Source: Mobula hypostoma (Eukaryota). Taken from it: a stretch of 64,000 nt of DNA. Where the stretch lies: NCBI RefSeq assembly GCF_963921235.1, contig NC_086097.1, forward strand, positions 102,550,001 through 102,614,000. The letters are read 5' to 3'. Shown piece after piece: positions 39,305 through 52,435 of the stretch; position 1 is the stretch's first letter, and each line of letters begins with the position of its first letter. Position numbers and translations under genes: made by a program. Below the pieces are notes generated by a model. The model was not told the origin of the DNA. It worked only from the letters and a program-made list of their open reading frames with translations, and did not search any database.

Positions 39305-39975
39305 TAACGTAAGATACATAAGATTAATTTATATAGATAAACTGATCATATGTACATAAAGTGACACTTGGTTACACGGGTGTCTGTACATAAGGTGACT
39401 GACAGGAAATGATAAAGTATTGATGGTAGGATAATGGGTGGAGGTGTTGATCGGCCTACGGCTTAGGGAAGAAACTGATTTTGAGTCTGGTGTCCTGGCA
39501 TGGATGCTGCATAGGCTGTTCCCTGGTAGGAGAGGGGGCAAACAGTCATGACCAGGATGGGTGGGATCCTTTAATGATAATGCTGGCCTTCTTGTGGCAT
39601 CTTTTTGTATATAGGTCGTTGATGGCAGGTAGGCAGGTGCCAGTGGTGTATTGGGCAGTTTCAACTCCCTGTTTCCCTGTTTCTCTGTTTCTAAAGCACT
39701 CCTGTCCACTGCAGTGTGGTTTTGTAGCATGTCAGGATGTTCCTTACTGGATATGAAGAAGATGGTGAATATTGGTGTGCATGGCCTTCTGAGAAAGTGG
39801 AGGCATTGGTGTGCTTTCTTGACTGTGGAGTTTGTGTTCTGGGACTGAGATGTTGTGGGAGATGTGCTGTTCCTGGGTTTGAAACTGCTTGCCATCTGCC
39901 CTGCTGTGCTGCCGATGTGAAGGGGGGTGTGGTTTTCCTGAAGTCAATGACCATCTCCTTTGTCTTGTTGACACT
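39305..39975 (-). mobile_element. Old Rex1/L2-type LINE 3' fragment
   Basis: MVIDFRK.. and VKKAHQCLHFLRR motifs, KDPTHPGH. Boundaries approximate. Confidence 0.7.
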
Positions 39976-40609
39976 ATTCCTATTAGGACTGTAGGAATAT
40001 CGATACTAGAAGTTAATCATCTGTTTAGGAGGGACCTGATTGTTTGGGGAAAATGAGAGTGATTACAAAAAAATACCAGCCTTTCCAGGACATACAGTGA
40101 ATTAGTGATTTTTTTAAAAACTGGAATTTATACTGTAAAGCTCATAGAACTATTTTTAAAATTATTCTTGCTAAGTTATTTTTTATGTACAGTCCTGCTT
40201 GAGAATGTTGTAAACTTTATCAAACCCATCTGTGGTAGTTTGCAGATTCCACTCTGATCTCATCAGCTACCTCAGAACCCACAAGGCTGAAGTGGAGACA
40301 AAATCTTGAGGGTCTCCCTAAGAAAGGGCATCCTAGTGAAATCTTGATTTTGTGCATAAGAATCTTGATCAATACTGAAAAGCAATTCATTTCAAAGTTG
40401 ACAAACATCAGTAATTTGAAGTTCAAGAGGTCAAATTTAAAAGTACATTTATTATTGAAGTATGTATGCTATATATAGCTTTGAGAGTCATCTCCTTACA
40501 AGAATCTGCAAAACAAAGAAACCTAACAGAACCCATTAAAGACTGTCAAGCACTCAATGTGCAGGGGGAAAAACAACTCATGCACACCAAAAAGTATGCA
40601 AATAAAATT

Positions 40610-41240
40610 TAAAAGACAGATTCTGCAGATACTGGAAATCCAAGCAATTCACACAAAATGCTGGAGGAACTCGGGTGGTCAGGCAGCATCTCTGGAAATG
40701 AACAGTTGACCTTCCAGGCCGAGACCTACCTTCAGGACTGGAAAAGGGGAAGTCCCCAGAATAAAGTGGTGGGAAGAGGGGAAGGAGGATAGTGAGAAGG
40801 CCTTGGGTGAAGCCAGGAGGTGGGAAAGGTAAACAGCTAGAGAGGAAGGAATTTGATAGGAGAGGAGAGTGGACTATAGGAGAAAGGGAACGAGGAGAGG
40901 ACCCAGTGGAGGCGATAGGCAGGTGAGATGAGGTAAAAGGCCTGAGTGGGGAATAAAAGAAGAGGGGAGGGCAGGGATAAATGTTTTTCCTGGAGTGAGA
41001 AATCAATTTTCATGTGTCAGGTTGGATGCTACATAGATGGAATATAAGGTGTTGTTCTTTCACCCTGAGAGTAACCTCATCGTGACACAGGAGACCATGG
41101 ATAGACATATTGTAATGGGAATTGGAATTAAAATGTTTGCCACCAGAAAGTTCTGCTTTTGACAGATGGAGTGGAGGAGCTCGACAAAGTAGTCCTCCAA
41201 ATTTTCAATGGGTCTCATCAATGTAGAGGAGGCTGTATCA
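40610..41240 (-). mobile_element. Penelope-like element 3' fragment with decayed hammerhead (~40703-40741)
   Basis: Same terminal repeat and purine/pyrimidine-rich 3' region as the other PLEs. Boundaries approximate. Confidence 0.7.
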
Positions 41241-42613
41241 GGAGCGCTTTATCCAATCATAGAGAAGTACGACATAGAAACAGGCCCTTTGGCCCATCTA
41301 GACTATGCCAAAGCCATTTAAACTGCTCACTCCCAACAATCTGCACCAAGACCATAACTCTCCATATGCCTATTATTTATGTACCTATCCAGATTTTTCT
41401 TATACATTGAAATCGAGCTCACATGGGCCACTTGTGGCAGCTCAGTCCACGCTCTCATGACTCTGAGTGAAGAAGTTTCCACTCATATTCCCCTTAACCT
41501 TTTCACCTTTTAGCCTTAACCCATGATCTCTGGTTGTAGTCCCACAAAACCCCAGTGGAAAAAAGCCTGCTAATATTTACCCTATATGTGCCCCTCATAA
41601 TTTTGTATCGCTCTATCAAATCTCTCAATCTTCTACATTCTGAAGAATACAGTCCTAACCTATTCAATCTTTCCTTATAACTCAGGTCCTCCGGTCCTGG
41701 CAGCATCCATGTAAAATTTCTCTGCACTCTTTCAAAGTTGTTTACATCTTTCCTGTAGGTAGGTGACCAAAACTGCACACAGTACTCCAAATTAGGCCTC
41801 ACCAATGTCTTATGCAACTTCATAATATCCCATTTTCTGTTTGCAATACATTGATTATTGAGGACCAGTGTGCCAAAAGCTTTCTTTATGACCCATCTAC
41901 CACTTCCAACAAATTATGTACCTGTATTCCCAGATCCCTTTGTTCTACCACATTCCTCAGTGCCCTGCCGTTCACTGTGTTCCTGGTTGGTCCTGCTGAA
42001 GTGCAAAACCTCACACTGGTCTACATTAAATTCCACCTGCCATTTCTCAGCCCATTTTTCCAGCCTTCCTCACTGTCCACTGCTCCCCCACTCTTGGTGT
42101 CATCTGCAAATTTGCTGATCTAGTTAACCACGTTATCATCCAGATGATTGATATAGGTGACAAACAACAAAGAGCCCAGCACCAATCCCTGTGGTACACC
42201 ACTAATTGGAGGCCTCCAGACAGAGGGGCAACTCTCTACGACCACTCTGTGGCTTCTCCCACAAAGCCACTGTCTAATCCAATTTACTACCTCATCCTGA
42301 ATGCCATGCGACTGAACTTCCTTGATCAGCCTCCTATGCGGGACATTGTCAAATGCCTTACTAAAGTCCAGGTAGACAACACCCACTGCCTTGTCTTCAT
42401 GCACTTTCCTGGTAACTTGCTTGGGGGAAAAAAAAACCTAAGATTGGTTAAACATGACCTACCATACACAAAACCATGCTGCTATCCTTAGTCAGTCCAT
42501 GTCTATCTAAATACTTGTGTATTCAGTCCTTAGAATACCTTACAATAACTTTCCCACTACTGATGTCAGATCACTGGCCTATAATTTTATGGTTTCTGTT
42601 TAGAGCCTTTTTC

Positions 42614-43018
42614 TTTTTTTTTTAAATTTTATTTTTATTTGGATAAGGAGTTCACAATTATTATGTACTTTTTTCACACATATAACCTTTTCCATTTTTT
42701 TATATGTATAAAACCACAATTATTTATACATTCTTAAGTACACATTGAGATGATATAAAAGCAAAATAAACATTTAAATAGATAATTATGTACTGTGGTA
42801 AATCTAACCTATTAGGCTAAGTAATGAAATTAGTTGTTAAGAAAAATGGTAATAATAGTTTCCATACAACCCTTCTGGACCATTTCCACTGGTCCAAAAT
42901 GTTGCATACAAGCCTATATACCAACCATTGTAGGTGTTTATATCCCAATTTGTTCGTGCTTGTTCCTGCCCGCAGACATAATTATCCAATCCCTATGTAC
43001 TTATTTACTTAATTTTTC
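42614..43018 (-). mobile_element. 5'-truncated L1 3'UTR copy, same family as the element at 58259-64000
   Basis: Nearly identical to 58262-58668 (a few substitutions). Poly-T tail. Candidate TSD/microhomology TTTTTC. Confidence 0.9.
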
Positions 43019-43369
43019 AAACAGCAGAACAACATTGGCTATCTTCAATCATGTGGTATCTCTCCTGTTGTTAAGGAGGTTTTAAATATCTTTGCTAAGG
43101 CCCCAGTAATTTCTACACTTGCCTCCCGTAGAGTCCGAGGGAACACCTTGTTAGGCCCTGGGGATTTATCCACCCTGATTTGCCTCAGGGTAGCAAAACA
43201 TCTCCTCCTCTGTAATTGGTACAGGGTCCACGAAGTTGATGATGTTTTTCCTCAATTCTATAGACTCTGTAATTGTCTCCCGAGTAAATACAGATGCAAA
43301 GTGTTCATTTAAGATCTTCTCCCATCTGTTGTGGCTTCACACATGGATTACCATTCTGGGCTTCCAGAG

Positions 43370-43897
43370 CAGGGGTCACCAACGTTTTTTGCACTGCGGA
43401 CCGGTTTAATATTGACAATATTCTTAATATTCTTGCAGACCAGCCGACCGGGGTGGGGGGGGTGGAAATGTGTGGGTGCGTGTTCAAGTAGGGTTGCCAA
43501 CTTTCTCACTCCCAAATAAGGGACAAAAGTACCAGTCAAATACGGGAGGCTTGTGTTTACCTCGAGAAAGACTACCATAACCATGAAGCCTTGTGCGGGC
43601 ACCTGTGTGCACATGCGGGTAGGTGCCGATTTTTTTCCTACAAATCGATTTTGGCTTAATCTTCCCGATTCTATTAAGCGAAACTACACTGTACATACAT
43701 TATTTCTACTTTATATAGGCTGTGTATTTATCATATCATTTCTGCTTTTACTATATGTTAGTGTTATTTTAGGTTTTATGTGTTATTTGGTATGACTTGG
43801 TAGGTTATTTCAAGTTCAACAGTGCATGACAGGGAATGAGGAAAGGTGCAGCTGACTCATGTTGTTGCCTTTGCTGCCCAGTGGTTGGGGACCGCTG
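43370..43897. mobile_element. hAT-Charlie-type MITE
   Basis: CAGGGGTCACCAAC ... GTTGGGGACCGCTG and perfect 8-bp TSD TTCCAGAG. Confidence 0.9.
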
Positions 43898-45232
43898 TTC
43901 CAGAGGACCAATTTTGTACCTAGTGATCCTATTGCTCTTAATGTACCTATAGAATCCCATGGGATTCTCCGTTACCTTGTCTGCTGGAGCAACTTCATGC
44001 CTTCTTTAGACTTCCTGATTACTTTTTTAAGTGCTTTCTTGTAATGCATAAGCAGCTCATTTGTTCCTACTTGCTGAGACCTGCTGTGCATCTTTTTTTT
44101 CCTAAACAAGGGTCTCAACTTCTATTGAAAACCAAGTTTTCTTATAGCTATTATCTTTACCTTTTATTCGGACAGGCACGTGCAAGCTTTGTAGTCTCAA
44201 AATTTTGTTTTTGAAGGTCTCCCACTTACCAAGTACACCCTTGCTAGAAAGCGGCCTGTCCCAATCCACACTTGACAGATAAAGACCCTAAGACGGTAAG
44301 ACATGGGAGCAGAATTAGGCCATTCATCCCATTGAGTCTGCTCCGCCATTTCATCATTGTTGATCCTGGATCCCACTCAATCCCATACACCTGCCTTCTT
44401 GCCATATCCTTTGATGGCTCTGGGTACCCCCACCATAGTAAACATCCTCTCCACATCCACCTTATCTAGTCCTTTCAACATCTGGTAGGTTTCAATGAGA
44501 TTTCCCTGCACCCCCCCCCCCCGGCATTCTTCAAAATTCTAGTGAGTACAGGCCCAAAGCTGCCAAACACTCGTATGTTAACCCCTTCATTTCCAGAATC
44601 ATCCTTGTGAACCTCCTCTGGACACTTTCCAGTGACAACATATCTTCTCTGAAATATGGGGCCCAAAACTGTTGACAGTACTGCAAGTGTGGTTTGACTA
44701 GTGTCTTATAAAGCCTCAGCATTGTCTCCTTGCATTTATATTCTATTCCCTTGAAGTAAATGCTAACGTTGCATTTGCCGCCTTTACTACAGACTCAACC
44801 TGTGAATTAACCTTCTGGGAGTCTTGCACGAGGACACCTAAGTCACTCTGCACCTCTGATGTTTGAATTTTCTCCCCATTTATATAATAGTCTGCATTAT
44901 TCTTCCATCATCTAAATCACTGACAAAAAATGTAATAAGTAGCGGTCCCAATACTGGCCCCTGAGGAACACCACTAGTCACTGGCAACCAACCAGAAAAG
45001 GCCACCTTTATTTCTTCTCACTACCTCCTGCCTGTCAGCCATTCCTTTATCCGTGCTACTATCGTTCCTGAAACGCCATGGGACTTTATCTTGTCAAACA
45101 GCCTCAAGTGTGGCACCTTATCAAATGCCTTCTGAAAATCTAAGTAAATGACATCTACTGCCTCTCCTTTGGTTACCTGCTTGTCACTTCCTTAAAGAAC
45201 AGATTTGTCAGGCAAGATTTCCCTTTACAGAC

Positions 45233-45860
45233 TCATAGTCATAGTCATACTTTATTGATCCTGGGGGAAATTGGTTTTCATTACAGTTGCACCATAAATA
45301 ATTAAATAGTAATATGTAAATTATGCCAGGAAATAAGTCCAGGACCAGCCTATTGGCTCAGGGTGTCTGACCCTCCAAGGCAGGAGTTGTAAAGTTTGGT
45401 GGCCACAGGCAGGAATGACTTGCTATGACGCTCAGTATTGCATCTCGGTGGAATGAGTCTCTGGCTGAATGTACTCCTGTGCCCAACCAGTCCATTATGT
45501 AGTGGATGGGAGACATTGTCCAAGATAGCATGCAACTTGGACAGCATCCTCTTTTCAGGCACCACCGTGAGAGAGTCCAGTTCCATCCCCACAACACCAC
45601 TGGCCTTATGAATGAGTTTGTTGATTCTGATGGTGTCTGCTACCCTCAGCCTGCTGCCCCAGCACACAACAGCAAACATGATTGCACTGGCCACCACATA
45701 CTCATAGAACATCATCAGCATCATCTGGCAGATGTTAAAGGACCTCAGTCTCCTCAGGAAATAGAGACGGCTCTGACCCTTCTTGTAGACAGCCTCAGTG
45801 TTCTTTGACCAGTCCAGTTTATTGTCAATTCGTATCCCCAGGTATTTGTAATCCTCCACC
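45233..45860 (-). mobile_element. Rex1/Babar-like LINE 3' fragment, copy C
   Basis: ORF 45350-45862 homologous to copy B, with (ATGACT)n tail. Confidence 0.88.
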
Positions 45861-47505
45861 ATGCTGACTTTGACTTGTTATATCATTAGTCTCCAAGTAC
45901 CTTGAAACCTCATCCTTAATAATAAACTCCAACACTTTCCCAACCACTGAGATTAGGCTAACTGGCCTATAATTTCCTTTCTTTTGTCTTCCTCCCTTCT
46001 TAAAGAGTGGAGTGACATTTGCAATTTTCCAGTCCTCTGGGAGCATGCCAGAATCAAATGATTCTTGAAAAATCATGACCAATGCATCCATTATCTCTTT
46101 AGCAACCTCTCTCAGGACTCTGGGATGTAATCAGTCTGGTCCAGGTGACTTGTCCACCAGAAAACCTTTGAGTTTGCCTTTCATGCTTTCCTTTGTAATA
46201 GCAATGGCACTCACTCCTGCTCCCTGACACTCACGGACCTCTGGAACACTGCTAGTGTCTTCCACAGTGAAGACTGATTAAGTTAATCTTTTTCCCCCAT
46301 TACTACCTCACCAGCATCATTTTACAGGGGTCCAGTATCAACTTTCACCTCCCTTTTACTCTCTATAGAACTGAAAATACTGTTAGTATCCTGCTTTGTA
46401 TTAGTGGCTAGTTTGCCCTCATATTTCATCTTTTCCCTTGTAGCTTTTTTAGTTGCTTTTTGTTGAATTTTAAAAGCTTCCCAATTATCCATCTTCCCAC
46501 TCACCTTTGCTACCTTATATGGCCTTTCTTTGGCTTTTATGCAGTCTTATGCAGTACCCTTGTCAATCACGGTTGCCAACCCTGTCATTTGAGAACAACT
46601 ATTTCTGTGGGACATATCTGTTTTGCACCTTGTTAACTATTCCCAGAAACTTCAGCCACCTCTGCTCTGCCGTCATCCCCACCAGTATGCTCCTCCAATC
46701 CACCTGGGCAAGCTTCTCTCTTATGCCTCTGTAACTCCCTTTATCCCATTGCGATACTGATACATGTGAGTTATGCTTCTCCTTCTCAAACTGCAGTATG
46801 AATTCAATCATATGATCACTGTCTCCCAAGGGATCCTTTATGCTAAGCTCCCTAAAAGGATCTGGGTTATTACACGACATCCAATCTAAGATGGCCTTGC
46901 TCCAAGTGGCTCTAAAAAGCCATCTAATCGGCTTTCCTTCGCTTATGATCTGACACCGACCTGATTTTCCCTATCTCCTTGCATAATGAAGTCCCCATTA
47001 CAATTGTGACATTACCCTTATTACATGCGTTTTCCAGCTCCCTTTGCAATCTCAATTCTACATGGTGGCTGTTATTTGGAGGCCTATATATGATTTCCCA
47101 CAAAGGATATTTTTACCCTTGCAGTTTCTAAACTCCACCCACAAAGATTCAACAATCTCTGGCCCTATGTCACCTTTCTAAAGATGTAATTCCATCTCTT
47201 ACTAACAGAGCCACACCACTGCCTGTCCTTTCGATACAAAGTATAATCTCTGGTGTTAAGCTCTCAACAATGGCCTTCTTTCAGCTAGGACTCAGTGATG
47301 CCCACGACATACAGTCCAATCTGTAATTGCTCCACGAGTTTGTCCACCTTATTCTGAATGCTATTTGCGTTTATATACAGCACCTTCAGTCCTGCATTCT
47401 TCACCTTTTTGAATTTTGTCTCCATGGTACAATTTAACTCTTTGCTCTGTTTGTTTGCATTGTACCCAGTCATTGGCTTGTTCTTCCTTGCATTCATGTT
47501 ACACC

Positions 47506-48193
47506 TGTAGCCTCCTGGTAAGCCTCAGGCTCGCTCAGCTCACTTTCGTCTGGGGGAGCAGCCTTCGGCCCCGCCAAACTGGGTAATCAAGTTTGTGTGG
47601 ATGCCATGTGATGTACCCCACACCGCCAATTAACAGACAGCACACAATGTACGATTTACAGATTACACTTTATAGATCTTACTGGAACTATGTAATTAAT
47701 CGAGATACAATATAAAAGGTGCCAAACTTAATCAGAGTTCAACCATTTTGTGCTCAACCGTTGGAGCTCAATTAATGGAGTCTTCCTTCCACCATTTGAT
47801 CTCCTCCGACCTCCTCGACCTGCCGCCTGGGACCAACCACAGTGGTTGACCAGAGTGCGTCCAGCACGTTCTTCCTCTTCGGTTCTCTTCCCAAAAAGCC
47901 CTGGGCTTCGGACTCCCTCTTGGGTCTGATCCTCGCCCAGTTTACAGCATCTCTCTCATCGCGTCTCCTGTCTCTGTCCCCATCGCGCCTTCTGCCCAAA
48001 GCCTGCGAAAACAATAGCTTACAGACACACAAGAAAGAATAACATCTATCCCAATTGGTTAGCAAATTAATACAATTCTCGTTATCAGTAATTATAACCC
48101 AAACAAGCTGCTACTGCTAACTCAGCAGTTAACATTACAGAGGAGCCATTTTATTAGCCTTAGCAAATAACATGAAAGAAGAAACCACTTACA
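47506..48193. mobile_element. Solo LTR, 688 bp
   Basis: TGTA ... TACA termini and 4-bp TSD CACC/CATC. The host CR1 is continuous across it. Confidence 0.7.
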
Positions 48194-49045
48194 CATCCAT
48201 CATCTACTTATAAAACTGCTGGCACACCCTCAGCTCCCTCCTACTGATTCCCATCCTGTACCATAGAAGTTTAAACCACCTCCATTTTGAATACAATTAA
48301 AATAGGTCTTTCTCCAATTTAGAACCTCAACCCATGGATCAGACCTATCTTTTTCCATATTTGCTTTGAAGTTGATGGCATTATGATCACCAGATGCAAA
48401 ATGTTCCCCTGCACAAACTTCTGTCACCTGCCCTGTCTCTTTCCTTAATCACAGATCCAGTATCGCACATGCTGTCGTTGGGACTTGCATGTACTGATGA
48501 AGGATGCTTTCCTGAACACATTTGACAAATTGTATCCCATCTAGTCTTTTTACATTATAGGATTCCCAGTGGAAAGTTATAATCACCTACTACTATAACA
48601 GCCTTCTTTCAATCGGCTACGATCTCTTTACAAAGTTGTTACTCTAAATCCCTTGGACTGGCTGTGTAATAGCATTGTGTTAACCCCTACACTACCATGC
48701 TGCCCCCATCTTCCATTCTATAAATAAATTCATAAAAACTGTAGGGTTCAGTTTTTCTTTCAAATGCAAGTATTAAGATCTCAGAACCACAGAAGTATTT
48801 ATTGTTTATTAATTAGTAAAAAATGCAGTAGGCGACATCTGATTCTCTGATTAGTGCTGTCTAATAGAGGAGTCTGGAAATTTAAATGTGCTGTCAGTGG
48901 TAGAGGATTCCATAGCTTTGGGCAGAGAAGTCAGCTAATGTCTTGTACTATGCTTGCCAATTTTGTCTAGTAATGATAATTGATGACAATCTGAATAAAA
49001 TGTGTTGATGCAAAGTCTTACTCTTGTGCTTTTTATCCCCCAAAG

Positions 49046-49184
49046 GGAGAAGTTGGACTCTTATTTCTGTTTGCTGTTTAATGATAAGCAGCCTTTGTTT
49101 GACCACATAATTTACTTGCTCCAGCGGGCATTAGACTGTTCACAAAAAGAAGCACAGAATTACGCTGCCTTGATAGATAGAGAG
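49046..49184 (+). CDS. UBR1: UBR1 exon (~exon 6), ClpS-like N domain: (R)EKLDSYFCLLFNDKQPLFDHIIYLLQRALDCSQKEAQNYAALIDRE
   Basis: ccccaaAG acceptor, GAG|GTAAGT donor. 139 nt, phase 2->0. YxCxLFND...DHxIYxLQRALDC matches UBR1. Confidence 0.93.
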
Positions 49185-49578
49185 GTAAGTGCTGTTTGCT
49201 GTTGTGGACTCTTGTGTAAACAAGTTTGTATAGAACTTTCTCTATATTAACATGAAGAAATATTCATACCAAAAAAGTTTAGTTAAGCTGGCAAAGGTTG
49301 GGAAAGAGAGTGTACATTGAAGCTTAGAGTGATAATTATACAGCATAGGCTTTAAAACTGAAGACTTAGCCATCAATGTGGGGTCAAAAATGTCCAATTG
49401 ACTAGATTTAGAAGATTGCAGAATTCTCACAGTTTAGAGATTTGGATAGGGTGTCAATACCAAAAAAAAATACAAGCACGAGACTGGATTATATTCTTCG
49501 CTTTCTTTTCTTGTGCAGAAAAACAAACAGGCTTGGATCTTGAATAGGAAAATTAGGAAATATGTAAGATAGGAAATA

Positions 49579-51819
49579 CAGTCGGCCCTCCTTATCCACG
49601 GATTCAACCAACCGTGGATCGAAAATATTTGAAAAAAAATTCCAGCAAGTTCCAAAAAGCAAAACTTGAATTTGCCGTGCGCCAAGCACTACGCTTAATC
49701 CACGTGAATGAAGTGATGTGTAGGCATGCCCTGCTGTAGCCTCCCGCCATTTCACAGATCCTCAGTCTCTCTCCAGCACTCATTGTTTGAGCATTGTTGG
49801 CCTTGCTACTTGTGTTGTGTGCCCCCTTTGTTTCTGTGAAAGAATGGCTCTTAAAAAGCAATTAAGTGGTCAAAGCAATTCCTCTGAGGCCAAGAGAGAG
49901 TGTAAAGTGCTATCTCTCGCTAAGAAAATAAAAATCTTAGATCTTTTGAAAAGTGGCATGTCACTCGCCGAAGTGGGCCGTAAAGTCGGTAAGAATGAAT
50001 CGAGCATTCGCACAATAAAGCAGAAAGAAGGTGAAATTCATGGAAGTGTTAGTGCTACCCCTACAATGGCAAAAATGGTCTCTCTGGTTCGTGATAAAGT
50101 GCTTGCGAAGACTGAGAAAGCATTAGGTATGTGGCTGGAGGACATGTCACAGAAGCATATCCCTGTTGATGGCAAAATTATGCGTAAAAAAGCATTTAGC
50201 CTCTATGAGCACCACTGTGAGGGGGTTGAGGAGAGCGAGAGGAAGGAGTTTCTAAGGGTAGTAAGGGATGGCTGGCTAGCTATGTAAAGTGCTACAGCCT
50301 CAAGAACTTAAAGATCACGGGAGAATCGGCATCGACTGATGCTGAGGCAGCATCAGCGTTCCCAGAAGAGCTCAAGAAACTCATAGAAGAGAAAGGCTAC
50401 CTTTCAGAGCAGGTCTTCAATTGTGATGAAACAGGCTTGTTCTGGAAGAAGATGCCCAATTGTACCTACATCCATAAGAGTGCCAAGCAGGTCCTGGGGT
50501 TCAAGGCCTGGAAAGATCGTCTTACTCTGGTGCTGTGTGGCAGTGCAGCCAGTCACATGATCAAGCCAGGACTCGTCTACCGAGCAAACAATCCCCGGGC
50601 CCTTAAGAACAAAAACAAAAATTGCCTACCTGTGTTCTGGCAACACAACAAGAATGCTTGGGTGACAGCGATCTTGTTCTTGGTATGGTTCCACCAGTGC
50701 TTCATTCCTGAAGTGAAGAAATACTTCGAAGAGAAGGGGCTGCCATTCAAGGTCCTCATAATTGACAATGCTCCTGGCCATCCCCAATCTCTCTGCTTTG
50801 CTGAGGATAACGTGGAAGTGATGTTCCTGCCTCCTAACACTACGTCACTGCTGCAGCCACTTGATCAAGGCATCATCAAGTGCATTAAGGCGACTTGCAC
50901 CCTCCTCACCTTCGGGGGGATTTGGGCTGTCCTTGATGCTAACCCTGACTGCAGCATCGTGGATTTATGAAAGAGCTTCAGAATTGCAGATGCAATTGTG
51001 CTTATTGCAGAGGCTGTAGACACCCTAAAGCCTGAAACAGTCAATATATGTTGGAAGCTATTATGGAGTGAGGTAGTCAATGATTTCAGGGGCTTCCCCA
51101 CTATTGATGTAGAAGTCAGGAATATCTTGAATGTTGGAAGAGAAGTTGGTGGGGAAGGCTTCTCTGACATCGAGGACGATGTCAAGGAACACATAGAAGA
51201 GCATAGAGAAAACCTTACCGACGAGGAACTCGAAGATCTGCTGAAATCCTCTACGGATGATGATGCAGAAGATTTAGCGGACGCAGAGTCATCAATTTGG
51301 ACTCTTGAAAAATTTGCAGCAGTTTTTCAACAGGTGCAAGTGTTAAAGGATATGATCCTTGAGTACGGTCTTTTGATGGAACAAAGCCTCCGTGTCACCC
51401 GAGGGATAACAACATGCCTACAACCACTGCAAGATTTGTTTGATGATGCAAAGAAAAAAGAAAAAACAGCTTCCTATAACAGTGTTTCTAACTAAAGCAT
51501 CTGTAACTATGAAGCCTCGACCTTCAACGCTTGAAGATCCTCATCCCTCAACCTCCACAGATCCTGACATTAGTATTATTGAGCCTCTTCCAATACGTCA
51601 TTGTTCCCTAAACAATACAGTATAATGACTATTTACATAGCACTTACATTGTATTAGGTATTATAAGTAATCTAGAGATGATTTAAAGTATGCGGGAGGA
51701 TGTACGTAGGTTATATGCAAATACTACGCCATTTTATATAAGGGACCTGAGCATCCGCGGATTTTCGTGTCCGTGGTGGGTCCTGGAACCAATCCCCCAC
51801 GGGTACCGAGGGACGACTG
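49579..51819 (+). mobile_element. Full-length Tigger/pogo transposon with a disrupted transposase (~49844-51600)
   Basis: TA|CAGTCGGCCCTC ... GAGGGACGACTG|TA. CENP-B-type HTH, FNCDETGLFWK, DNAPGHP and LQPLDQG motifs. Frameshift at ~50255, TGA at 50968, frameshift at ~51460. Confidence 0.93.
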
Positions 51820-52372
51820 TACCTGGAAAACTCAGGTCAGGCAGCATCTGTGGAAAGAGAAATAGTTTATTGGGTCCAATAATGTAACTGAGGAAGTCTG
51901 ATGAGGAGTCTTTGGACTGAAATATTAGTTGTTTCCCTTTTCAGAAATGCAATCTGATATGCTTAGATTGTCCAGCATTTTCTATTTTTATCTCTGGATT
52001 AAGACTTCTGAACTGACCCTTGTGACACACTTTATATAGTCTCTATCCTTGCCTTCCTTGTCTGCATGAAATTTTTGTCATACTTTTCAAGTCTCCTTTA
52101 CTCAAAATATGAAGTATCTACCATGATAGATTTCTGCATACTTGTGTAAAATAATGCACATAAGCACAAACATTAGCCAGCAGCTTAAGAAGTATTACCT
52201 TGAGAGAGATCTGATCACTTAATCTGGAATAAGCTGTTTGTAGTATTAGTAAAATAGCAAATAATTGTGTACTGCAATTTGCTTCTATATTGAGTCATGT
52301 GTACTTATTGTTTTTTTTGTTTCATTGCAATATAGATCTTTTCAGTTTGGCAGTTTTGTGTTTCTTCTCTAG

Positions 52373-52435
52373 GGTCGTAGAGCTGTAAAACATGGAACAT
52401 TGCTTTCGTGTCAAGAAACAAAGCTTGAAGTTTTT
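52373..52435 (+). CDS. UBR1: UBR1 exon (~exon 7): GRRAVKHGTLLSCQETKLEVF
   Basis: tctctAG acceptor, TTT|GTAAGT donor. 63 nt, phase 0->0. GRRAVK motif as in UBR1. Confidence 0.93.

Larger units (their letters stand above)
44281..48284 (-). mobile_element. Second CR1-like LINE inserted in the first
   Basis: MLRLYKTLVKPHLQYCQQFWAPY, PEDWKIANVTPLFKKGGRQKKGNYRPVSL, PLGDSDH, and EN start LKVLYINANSIQNKVD. Boundaries approximate. Confidence 0.85.
41258..48660 (-). mobile_element. CR1-like LINE (outer) hosting nested insertions; own sequence ~41258-44280 and ~48285-48660
   Basis: KLHKTLVRPNLEYCVQFWSP, VYLDFSKAFD..SGVPQG.VLG.LLF..YIN.LD, and EN motif GEHFASGDHN. Boundaries approximate. Confidence 0.8.

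Noticed and set aside
49002..49250. 82-aa ORF as a standalone ClpS-like protein
   Set aside because: It is exon 6 read through into flanking intron; canonical splice sites delimit the homologous part.
49844..51600. Domesticated TIGD-like host gene
   Set aside because: Retains TIRs and TSD and carries frameshifts and a stop codon, so it is a transposon copy.
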